DNA of 64,000 nt from an uncultured virus (IMG/VR IMGVR_UViG_3300027917_000045) (IMGVR_UViG_3300027917_000045); one strand, 5' to 3'; counted from the first letter of the stretch, positions 20,794 to 27,993 are shown. Numbers and translations: made by a program. The notes: a model not told the origin generated them from the letters alone.

Positions 20794-22476
20794 ATGATCA
20801 AGGTCGAGCCGGAGATCAACGTACCTGAGCCGGGGAAGGCTATACTCCTAGTCGGCAGGGACCCGGGAGAGGATGAGCTAAAGGTAGGCCGTCCCTTCGT
20901 AGGCCGTGCGGGTGAGGAGTTAGACTATGTATTGGCTGACGCCGGAGTACGCAGGCAGGACGTGAACATAACCAATGTAGTCCCTTGGCGTCCTGCTGCT
21001 AACGACTTCAAGAAGCACAACACTGAACAGGTAGAACAGGGTTTGCGGCAATTGTATCTTTTGATCGACCAGCTCAAACCCACGTTGATCATAGCTATGG
21101 GGAACGAGGCGAGCTATGCTCTCGTCCCCGATTGGCCTACAGGAGGGCGCGGTATCTTCGGCGCTAAGGGGATCAATGACAGGAGAGGTTACTTTTGGGA
21201 GACTGCGTTAGGCAACGTGTTGACCACCCTTCACCCTGCGACGATCACCCGACAGGCCGTTCCGAACCGTGCCCTCATTACCAACGATATGATCAGGGCA
21301 AGGCAGTGGTTGAGAGGTAAGCTACCTCGACATGAAATGCCTGACCCTATCTACATACCGTTATCCTCAGAGAAACAGGTGCAAGCTTTGGCTGGCTCAC
21401 AGTACCTCGCGGCTGACATTGAGACTAGATGGGAGAGCACCGAGCTACTGTGCTGTGGCTTCTGTGGTGACGATATGCAGCCATACGTAGCTAAGTACGG
21501 CAAGGGGTTCAAGATGATGGAGAAGGTATTAACGTCTCCCGTTATCAAGGTCTTCCACAACGGTTGGGGGTTCGACATCCCCTTCCTTCTGTATGACTAC
21601 GACATGGACATGATCGTGGGGTACGAGGAGGACACACAGAACATGTGGCACGCACTGGAACCAGAGCTAGCAGGTAAGGATATACAAGCAGACGAGAAAG
21701 CAGAGAGCAAACTCACTCGCAAGGGACTCGCGTTCCTTGCCACACTATCAGAGCCTTACTCGTACAACATAGAGTGGTGGAAGAACTACCCAGACGACGA
21801 CGATCCAGAGCACAACGAGAAGATGTACGTACTCAACGCCATCGACGCTTACGTAACTAGACTAATAACAGGCCCACTCCTCTCAGCTATAGAGAAAGAA
21901 GGAGTGGAGGATCAGTACCGACTCACGTTCGACACAGGCTACGGTTGTATGATCATGCAGAAGAGAGGCATCGTAATCAACGACAGCGAGAGACGAACAC
22001 GAATCAAGAGACTGGCGATACGTGGTAAGGCACTCATGCAAGAGTCATCACAGGCTGCACTCGACTTCATAGAGAAGAATGAGCTAGACTTTTTCAGGGT
22101 GGACAAACAGTGTAAGTGCTGTGGTGGTGGCAAGATAGCGAGGCAGAGGTGTTGGCGGTGTGCGGGGTTTGAGAAGAAGCCGGGGAAGAAAGACCTGTTG
22201 GAGTTGGCGAGCAAGCACGACAGGTTTGAGGAGCATGACCTCAGTATGTTGAAAAAGGAGCAACTAGAGGAACTAGTTCTTGCTCCTTGTTCTACATGTG
22301 AAGGTAGAGGTAAGAACTCAGTCTATCACTTCAACCCCGGGTCATGGCAGCAGATGCAAGAGTTGTTGTATCACCAACTAGCAACCCCCAAGAGTACTTG
22401 GAAGGGTAAGACTACAACTAATGAACAAGCATTGATGAAGGTGTTACGATGGGCGCAGGGCGGGAAAATTCTGTAG
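20794..22476 (+). CDS. DNA polymerase A, N-terminal part: family-4 UDG-like domain + 3'-5' exonuclease + Cys-rich insert
   Basis: LVGRDPG..E...GRPFVGRAG, ITNVV, MGNEA, TLHPA (UDG); ADIET, FHNG..FD, NAIDA (Exo I-III); FNPGSWQQMQELLY (thumb). Confidence 0.85.
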   Translation: MIKVEPEINVPEPGKAILLVGRDPGEDELKVGRPFVGRAGEELDYVLADAGVRRQDVNITNVVPWRPAANDFKKHNTEQVEQGLRQLYLLIDQLKPTLIIAMGNEASYALVPDWPTGGRGIFGAKGINDRRGYFWETALGNVLTTLHPATITRQAVPNRALITNDMIRARQWLRGKLPRHEMPDPIYIPLSSEKQVQALAGSQYLAADIETRWESTELLCCGFCGDDMQPYVAKYGKGFKMMEKVLTSPVIKVFHNGWGFDIPFLLYDYDMDMIVGYEEDTQNMWHALEPELAGKDIQADEKAESKLTRKGLAFLATLSEPYSYNIEWWKNYPDDDDPEHNEKMYVLNAIDAYVTRLITGPLLSAIEKEGVEDQYRLTFDTGYGCMIMQKRGIVINDSERRTRIKRLAIRGKALMQESSQAALDFIEKNELDFFRVDKQCKCCGGGKIARQRCWRCAGFEKKPGKKDLLELASKHDRFEEHDLSMLKKEQLEELVLAPCSTCEGRGKNSVYHFNPGSWQQMQELLYHQLATPKSTWKGKTTTNEQALMKVLRWAQGGKIL

Positions 22477-23534
22477 GCTTCAAAGGTTTAAGAGAACGTA
22501 AGGCTGTAGCTCGTGCTGTTATTGAGCCCATGTTAGTGGGTAAGCGTGACGGTACTGTGATTGCTGCATACAAGAGAATAGAACCCGGGACTGACGGCAG
22601 GATACATACGCTGCTCAACACTACCGGCACCACAACCATGCGTCTATCTAGTTCAGAGACTATACTGGAAGAGAAGAGCACCAACCTTCAGAACATGGTG
22701 AACAAGATCGCTGCTCTTGATCCACTGTACCGAGTGAGAGACGTATTTGTTCCTGATCCCGGCATGGTATTGGTAGCGGGTGATTACAAACAAGCCGAGG
22801 CTATCACTACAGCGGCGTATATCAGAGACCTAGTGTGGTTGAACAAGATGCTGGAAGGGTTCGACACTCACAAGGAACACGCTATGTACTCGTTCGATAC
22901 TGGTGCGATGGATGCAGTGACAGGAGTGCAACGCAAGACAGCCAAGAACGTAACTTACGCTTCCCTTTACAGAGCCCAAGTACCTACCATTGTCAATACG
23001 ATTAACAGAGACGAACACATCACTAGTATTAGAGTAACTAGACAAGAGGTTGAGAAGATCCGCAACATACTCTTGCAGATGCACCCACTAGAGCAGTGGT
23101 GGCATGACCTAGAACAAGAGATAGTCGAGCAACACGGTGCTGTGCGTAACTGTTTCGGTCAGCGGCGTAAGCTATACGATCCTGACCTAGACTTCAGAGT
23201 GAAGGACGCTGCCTCCTTCAAGTCACAGTCCACGGTAGCATACAAGATGAATCAGAACATCAACCGAGTCATGGATGAGAGGGTAGACCAGCCGGGGAAG
23301 ATAGAGCTGCTGCTTCAGATCCACGACGAGTTGCTGTTCCAGTGCAAACCCGATAGGTTGGACGAACTTCAAGAACGAGTCACTGAGATCATGGAAGTAA
23401 AGTTTGTTGTCGAAGAAACCGAACTGTTCATTCCTGTAGAGTGGAAGATAGGCAAGGCATGGGGCGCAGGGATGATAGAACCAGAGGGTACCGATACCCT
23501 CACAGATATAGCGAGGAGAGAAGGATGGCTATAA
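22449..23534 (+). CDS. DNA polymerase A, C-terminal catalytic part
   Basis: DGRIH, TGTTTMRLSS, NLQN, motif A DYKQAE, motif B RKTAKNVTYASLY, motif C QIHDEL. Confidence 0.9.
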   Translation: MGAGRENSVGFKGLRERKAVARAVIEPMLVGKRDGTVIAAYKRIEPGTDGRIHTLLNTTGTTTMRLSSSETILEEKSTNLQNMVNKIAALDPLYRVRDVFVPDPGMVLVAGDYKQAEAITTAAYIRDLVWLNKMLEGFDTHKEHAMYSFDTGAMDAVTGVQRKTAKNVTYASLYRAQVPTIVNTINRDEHITSIRVTRQEVEKIRNILLQMHPLEQWWHDLEQEIVEQHGAVRNCFGQRRKLYDPDLDFRVKDAASFKSQSTVAYKMNQNINRVMDERVDQPGKIELLLQIHDELLFQCKPDRLDELQERVTEIMEVKFVVEETELFIPVEWKIGKAWGAGMIEPEGTDTLTDIARREGWL

Positions 23535-23926
23535 AAAAGAAGATTCTCTTCTGTGGTAGCAGGATTTGGAGTGACCCGTACCTCGTTAGTGATACGATGT
23601 GTGAGATACTGGTTGCACTCGCAGAGAAGGGAATCAAAGCACACGAAGTTGCAGCTATCCACGGCAACGCTAACGGTGCCGACAAGATGGCTGGTAGTAC
23701 TGCTGCTATCCACGGTATGTGGGAGGTAATCGTACCTGCTAACTGGAACGTGTACCACAAAGCAGCAGGACCTATGCGTAACAACGTCATGCTAGACCTA
23801 CAACCAGACATAGTATACGCTTTTCATAACGACATTGAGAAATCTAAAGGTACCAAGCACTGCATTACTGAGGCTAAGAAGCGAGGGATAGAGGTAGTGG
23901 TGGTGCATGATGACCACCCAGAATAA
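23525..23926 (+). CDS. YspA/DUF2493-like SLOG family protein
   Basis: ILFCGSR, IHGNANGAD, AAGPMRN, SKGTKHC; start re-set to ATG 23525. Confidence 0.85.
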   Translation: MAIKKKILFCGSRIWSDPYLVSDTMCEILVALAEKGIKAHEVAAIHGNANGADKMAGSTAAIHGMWEVIVPANWNVYHKAAGPMRNNVMLDLQPDIVYAFHNDIEKSKGTKHCITEAKKRGIEVVVVHDDHPE

Positions 23927-24146
23927 AGATCCGTCACGAGTCTTCCTCACCATGTTCAACCAGATAGTGGTGAGAGTGTGGAAGGCACACCCTGACAACA
24001 GAGTGGATGTCGCCTACTCGAACGTGAGGAAGATCTTCAGACCAGTCAACTCTGATGTGCTGCAACGTATTGCTAATACAGCACTTAGAGTAGTGGCATT
24101 TGCAGAGGCATGGCATGACCAGATGAAGGATAAACATGTCCCGTAA
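23907..24146 (+). CDS. Hypothetical protein
   Basis: Overlaps both neighbouring genes. Confidence 0.5.
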   Translation: MMTTQNKDPSRVFLTMFNQIVVRVWKAHPDNRVDVAYSNVRKIFRPVNSDVLQRIANTALRVVAFAEAWHDQMKDKHVP

Positions 24147-25077
24147 GTATATCTGGCTAGCCGACGACTTCCTTGAAGAGGACTATACTCAGGCATGGAT
24201 TTCGTATCCTATCATGCCCCGAGGGGGACACGTCCTTTTACACGGGAAGAGGAACATCGGTAAGACTGCATTGGTGATGAGTATGATCACTGGCCTAGTA
24301 CACGGTGCCAAGCTGTATGGTAGGTACCAGACTGAGCCTTGCAAAGTCGCACTGGTAGAGTCAGACATGCCTGACGTGATGTTACACGAGAGACTGTGGG
24401 TAGGGTACCACCACTTTGACTACCCGGGGCTGATGATCTGTACTGCACCAGCCATGAATATGTTACAACTAGACAGAGCAGACTACTATGAAGAGATCTA
24501 TGACACACTCCAAAAGCACAACCCAGATGTCATGGTCTGGGACACGCTACGGAAAGTACAACCGCTTGAGGAAAATGATAACGCATCACCTGCTGTGGTG
24601 TATGGAAAAGCACGAGTCATGTTCCCTGATGCTTGTCATGTCTGGGTCCACCACAACAAGAAGACTATCAAGGACCAAGATTTCTTGGACAATGAGGAAC
24701 TGTTCGCTGGCGCAGGAGCATGGATTGATAACGCGGATACTGGAATACACCTTGTTGAAGCTCAAGAAGGACGGTGTACGCTACATTTTACTAAGGTTCG
24801 GGGAGGACCACCTCAACGACCTGTTGCTGTCCAGTTAGACATCGACACCATGATGTTCTATCGGTACATGCCACGGGCTGTACTGTACGCCAATCAAGCT
24901 ATGAAGCTGCACCCTAGTTGGGATGAAGAGGAACTCGCGTTCTGGTTGGCGGCAAGTTTGATTTATCCACCGAAACAAGCTAAATTGTTTGCCGTGCGTT
25001 ACTTTGAGAACAGGAGAGATCCCCACTCCGATAAGTACGGCCAGAAGAACCTAGAACTAAACGGAGAACAGACATGA
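24136..25077 (+). CDS. AAA_25/RepA-like (SF4) helicase
   Basis: Walker A GKRNIGKT, Walker B VMVWDT, VHHNKK, FAGAGAW, FTKVRG. Confidence 0.8.
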   Translation: MSRKYIWLADDFLEEDYTQAWISYPIMPRGGHVLLHGKRNIGKTALVMSMITGLVHGAKLYGRYQTEPCKVALVESDMPDVMLHERLWVGYHHFDYPGLMICTAPAMNMLQLDRADYYEEIYDTLQKHNPDVMVWDTLRKVQPLEENDNASPAVVYGKARVMFPDACHVWVHHNKKTIKDQDFLDNEELFAGAGAWIDNADTGIHLVEAQEGRCTLHFTKVRGGPPQRPVAVQLDIDTMMFYRYMPRAVLYANQAMKLHPSWDEEELAFWLAASLIYPPKQAKLFAVRYFENRRDPHSDKYGQKNLELNGEQT

Positions 25078-25457
25078 GGATAAGTATAGTCTTCGCGCTA
25101 CTGCTTCTCTTCAACACCGCAGTATTCGCACAAGAAGACAAGAGTGATTACCATTGGGAGGCTACGTGTTTCTATAAGACCACCCAACTACTGCTCACGT
25201 TCGAGCCGAATACGGCATACAAGGCTGCAATAGAGATGGCAGGGATGGAACCAGCAGAGATGGACACAGTGATTTCCACCATCATGCGTGCTGTAGGTAG
25301 GAAGAATGGAGCACACTGTAAGGAGTTCAGGAGACACGAGAGCAACACGCACATGCGTATGTTGGGCACTGAGTTCGTGTTGTTGGGGGAAGACTCTGAC
25401 CCAAGGATAGGTAGGTTTGCGTTGTGGTTGACATCGTATACGCCGGGGACCGCGTAG
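25074..25457 (+). CDS. Hypothetical secreted protein
   Basis: Signal peptide-like MRISIVFALLLLFNTAVFA-Q; ATGA overlap. Confidence 0.55.
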   Translation: MRISIVFALLLLFNTAVFAQEDKSDYHWEATCFYKTTQLLLTFEPNTAYKAAIEMAGMEPAEMDTVISTIMRAVGRKNGAHCKEFRRHESNTHMRMLGTEFVLLGEDSDPRIGRFALWLTSYTPGTA

Positions 25458-25909
25458 AGGAGTATATGGGTATGGCCACTATAGCAGCCACGAAAGAACA
25501 ACTGGATCACAAGACGGAGACGATGAAGGAACTGTCTGCCCTTCTTGGGGATCATACTATGCTGCCGACTATGCACCCTATGACTGCGGTGTTCGGTAAT
25601 ACTGTGGTGTTCTACACCCATAGAGAAGCACAGTACTCTCAAGCAGAGAGTGTCTTCATCAACGCCGGTAAGGTCAATGAGTTCTTTGATCACTACCCTT
25701 TACACAGGAAGTTGTTCGTAGTGCGCTGGGGTGATGGTCCTCTGTACACAGTGGATATGGATGACATAGTTGACCCAGACTCCATGCGTATGAAGCGGGT
25801 GAAGCCTAGACCTAACAAGGTGGTGACCGATAGAGATACAGAGAAGGGGTGGTATATACCCAAGGGACTATTCAAACTAGTGGAGGAGATGCGATGGCGA
25901 CTGACCTGA
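25424..25909 (+). CDS. Hypothetical protein (start probably near 25466)
   Basis: GAGGAG SD before the internal ATG. Confidence 0.55.
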   Translation: MVDIVYAGDRVEEYMGMATIAATKEQLDHKTETMKELSALLGDHTMLPTMHPMTAVFGNTVVFYTHREAQYSQAESVFINAGKVNEFFDHYPLHRKLFVVRWGDGPLYTVDMDDIVDPDSMRMKRVKPRPNKVVTDRDTEKGWYIPKGLFKLVEEMRWRLT

Positions 25910-26136
25910 CAATCGAGCAGCAGCTGCGAAGGTGGGCATTGAATTGGGAAATAGACGACAACGACTGGACAATACAGGCATTAAAGCAGCTATGCGAAGC
26001 GGTGGCGCTGGAACACGGGCGCAACGTGTCAAGGTTTTTGCATGACCAACAGTGTATGTCGTCTGCGCCATCTGTCGTTGCAGCCATCAACGCAGCCTTG
26101 GACCGTATCCAGCAGGAGGACAGAGATGGCGACTGA
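25894..26136 (+). CDS. Small hypothetical protein (MATD...)
   Basis: GGAGGAG SD; start embedded in a 14-bp repeat. Confidence 0.55.
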   Translation: MATDLTIEQQLRRWALNWEIDDNDWTIQALKQLCEAVALEHGRNVSRFLHDQQCMSSAPSVVAAINAALDRIQQEDRDGD

Positions 26137-26350
26137 CCGGGAAAGGATAGCGGAGGTAATAGCCGGTATCTTTGTGCCGTGGAGATGGAATAGACCTGTG
26201 GCGCGTTCTACCGCACAGAGATGCGAGAGAGAATTAGCCGAGCGTATAGAGGCTGCGCTCTACGCGGCGGCCAACTGTCCCAGCCCGCACATCCAAGCGT
26301 GTGTTGATGCGGGCGTAGCAGCACTGGAGGGTAGCGACGATGACGGATAA
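26126..26350 (+). CDS. Small hypothetical protein (MATD...)
   Basis: AGGAGG SD; start embedded in the same 14-bp repeat. Confidence 0.55.
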   Translation: MATDRERIAEVIAGIFVPWRWNRPVARSTAQRCERELAERIEAALYAAANCPSPHIQACVDAGVAALEGSDDDG

Positions 26351-26432
26351 GCATATCGACTACGGGTCCATCTTGGTGATAGCGTTGCTGGTGGCCGTTA
26401 TCTTGTTCGGTATGTTTTGTTATGGGACATAA
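26340..26432 (+). CDS. 30-aa membrane peptide
   Basis: MTDKHIDYGSILVIALLVAVILFGMFCYGT; GGAGG SD. Confidence 0.45.
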   Translation: MTDKHIDYGSILVIALLVAVILFGMFCYGT

Positions 26433-26447
26433 CCGGGGAGCAGGACG

Positions 26448-26684
26448 ATGGATAAGCGACTGGACCCCGAGATAATGCGGACAGGTAGTGCCTGTTTTGA
26501 GTATTGGGAGGATATGTACGAAGACGGCGAAATAGAACTGGACGAACTACTCGCAGCCATCGAAGCCTACGGGCGGCGGTGTGCAGAGGCTACCACACAC
26601 TATGTGGCTTACGATGACGCGCCACCGTTTGACGAGATTGCCCACGCAGAACTATGGGAGCAGGACGACCATGAGCGAGAGTAA
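26448..26684 (+). CDS. Small acidic hypothetical protein
   Basis: GGAG SD; ORF track. Confidence 0.5.
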   Translation: MDKRLDPEIMRTGSACFEYWEDMYEDGEIELDELLAAIEAYGRRCAEATTHYVAYDDAPPFDEIAHAELWEQDDHERE

Positions 26685-26925
26685 GGCAACGATTCGAGTG
26701 GTAATGGCCCTGAGTGGTGTTGTCTTTAAGTACGAGATCACCGCATCAGATGAACAAAGTTTACAAGCAAAGGCACGGGAACACTGTGCCATGATCGTCG
26801 CAACCGGCTATCGCAACCAGCGGGGCGACACCTATACGCATTGGCCACCGCACCTATTAGCGAAGGTGCAAGCTATCGGCGTTAAGGTGCCGACCGATTA
26901 CCCCGACGAGATTGAAGGCACATGA
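26671..26925 (+). CDS. Small hypothetical protein (MSESKA...)
   Basis: Start within a 19-bp repeat. Confidence 0.55.
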   Translation: MSESKATIRVVMALSGVVFKYEITASDEQSLQAKAREHCAMIVATGYRNQRGDTYTHWPPHLLAKVQAIGVKVPTDYPDEIEGT

Positions 26926-27170
26926 GCGAGAGTAAGGCAGTAGCCGAGTACCGAGAGGCGCTAATGGAACTAGAGTGGGCGGTACGCCGCCATCAGTCGT
27001 CTACTGCCATTGATGATGACGGTCGGGCACGGAATATCGTTGAAGCCGAAGCCCGACTGGACGAGGCCGTTGTGGGGCTTATGGTAGAGTGTGCGTCTTG
27101 GTATGGGCCGATGGACTTAGCGGAGCGTAAAGCCCGATCCCTACTAAGAGGAAAGGAGAAAGGAGAATGA
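26922..27170 (+). CDS. Small hypothetical protein (MSESKA...)
   Basis: ATGA overlap; start within the same 19-bp repeat. Confidence 0.55.
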   Translation: MSESKAVAEYREALMELEWAVRRHQSSTAIDDDGRARNIVEAEARLDEAVVGLMVECASWYGPMDLAERKARSLLRGKEKGE

Positions 27171-27286
27171 GCACACTCGCAATTGTGCTGGCAATAATAA
27201 CGCTTGCGTTCCCTCTCTGGGCTATTAGCGGACACCTATCACGCATAGCCGAACACAAGCGATTTGACAAAACAAACGAACCATGA
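27167..27286 (+). CDS. 39-aa membrane peptide
   Basis: MSTLAIVLAIITLAFPLWAISGHLSRIAEHKRFDKTNEP; AAGGAG SD; ATGA overlap. Confidence 0.5.
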   Translation: MSTLAIVLAIITLAFPLWAISGHLSRIAEHKRFDKTNEP

Positions 27287-27292
27287 TAGGTT
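27264..27292 (+). promoter_or_regulatory. Sigma70-type promoter driving the ncRNA array/Ro60 operon
   Basis: Perfect TTGACA, 17-nt spacer, extended -10 TGn-TAGGTT. Confidence 0.75.
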
Positions 27293-27350
27293 GCGCGTGC
27301 CGTTGAACTCTACCGTTAAGCGGCACACCTCCTTTCGGTTGGGCCAAGAA

Positions 27351-27424
27351 GTAGAGGGCCGGAGTAGATAGGTTATCGTTGATAAGGGATTCAAGCTGAC
27401 TCCTACTACACCCCTAGCCCCTAC
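27351..27424 (+). ncRNA. Y RNA-like element 1 (short insert)
   Basis: GTAG-A-GGGC/GCCCCTAC terminal stem, GGGCCGGA motif, GTAG-A-TAGG/CCTACTAC second stem, AGGTTATCG...ACTCCT junction. Confidence 0.7.
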
Positions 27425-27441
27425 GGCCTATAGAGGGGGAC

Positions 27442-27458
27442 GCTGTTTGAAAACTGAA
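27442..27458 (+). promoter_or_regulatory. rrn-type boxA-like antitermination element
   Basis: GCTGTTTGAAAACTGAA resembles the rRNA operon boxA (GTTCTTTGAAAACT type). Confidence 0.55.
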
Positions 27459-27463
27459 GGTAT

Positions 27464-27595
27464 GTTGGTTGGGACGGAGTGCTTAAGGTTATCGACTATT
27501 AATCGTGTGATATAGGTTCGAGTCCTATCGCTCCTTCGGGAGTGTAGCTCAATGGTAGAGCACAAAACACCTTAGCCGAGACTATTCTAATCAAC
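27464..27595 (+). ncRNA. yrlA: YrlA-type Y RNA (circularly permuted tRNA-like domain on a Ro-binding stem)
   Basis: 11-bp terminal stem GTTGGTTGGGA/TTCTAATCAAC; GCTTAAGG/CCTTAGC stem; T arm ATAGG-TTCGAGT-CCTAT; acceptor stem CGCTCC/GGAGTG closed by TTCG; D arm GCTC-AATGGTA-GAGC. Confidence 0.85.
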
Positions 27596-27603
27596 TTTGT
27601 ATA

Positions 27604-27790
27604 TGGGTGAGTACGGGGGACACTGAGGTTGTTCATCATTAACCTTGACTTATGGAGTAGTGTGAGGACAAAGAATCCAACCAGCTAGTTGGGACAGACC
27701 CTCGATCAAGCAAGACATAGTAACTATACAGCAGTAGTTCCGTTTCACCGTGCATTATCGTACTCAGTGTTAGACAGAGGTACTCACCCA
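27604..27790 (+). ncRNA. Y RNA-like element 3 (187 nt, large non-tRNA insert)
   Basis: Perfect 11-bp TGGGTGAGTAC/GTACTCACCCA, then GACACTGAG/CTCAGTGTT, variant junction AGGTTGTTC; internal stems CTTGA/TCAAG, GAGG/CCTC, CCAAC/GTTGG, AACTA/TAGTT. Confidence 0.65.
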
Positions 27791-27798
27791 AGAAAACT

Positions 27799-27903
27799 AT
27801 CGGGCCGTTGTGACTAGGTTATCGTTAATGGATAACACTTTCTTTTGAACAGAAAACTTGTGGGTTCGAGTCCCACGCCACACCTACCACGCTTTCGCCC
27901 GAT
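27799..27903 (+). ncRNA. Y RNA-like element 4 (normal-order tRNA body)
   Basis: ATCGGGC(C bulge)G/CGCCCGAT; TGTG..TAGG/CCTA.CACG; D arm GTTA-ATGGA-TAAC; TTTCT-TTTGAAC-AGAAA arm; T arm GTGGG-TTCGAGT-CCCAC. Confidence 0.75.
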
Positions 27904-27914
27904 TACATAGAAGA

Positions 27915-27993
27915 GGACGTGGGCCGGAGAGATAAGGTTACCGCTGACGCACAGACATCGACTCCTTATTTCAACCACTTGCCTTTATCGTCC
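27915..27993 (+). ncRNA. Y RNA-like element 5 (short insert)
   Basis: GGACG/CGTCC, GGGC(C bulge)GG/TTGCCT (compare vertebrate Y RNA GGUCCGA/CUUGACU), GAGATAAGG/CCTTATTTC, AGGTTACCG...ACTCCT. Confidence 0.7.

Noticed and set aside
22459..22470. Canonical G-GGA-AAA -1 slippery site in polA
   Set aside because: ORF1 reads GGG AAA, so the heptamer is out of register for tandem -1 slippage, and no strong downstream structure was seen.
27490..27565. Ordinary tRNA gene(s)
   Set aside because: The T arm precedes the D arm, the acceptor stem is closed by UUCG and there is no CCA end. This is a permuted mimic.
27351..27993. CRISPR array interpretation of the repeated AGGTTATCG units
   Set aside because: Repeats are short and degenerate, spacing is irregular (74-187 nt), each unit folds on itself, and there is no cas operon. 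The Cas4-like gene sits in a recombination module.
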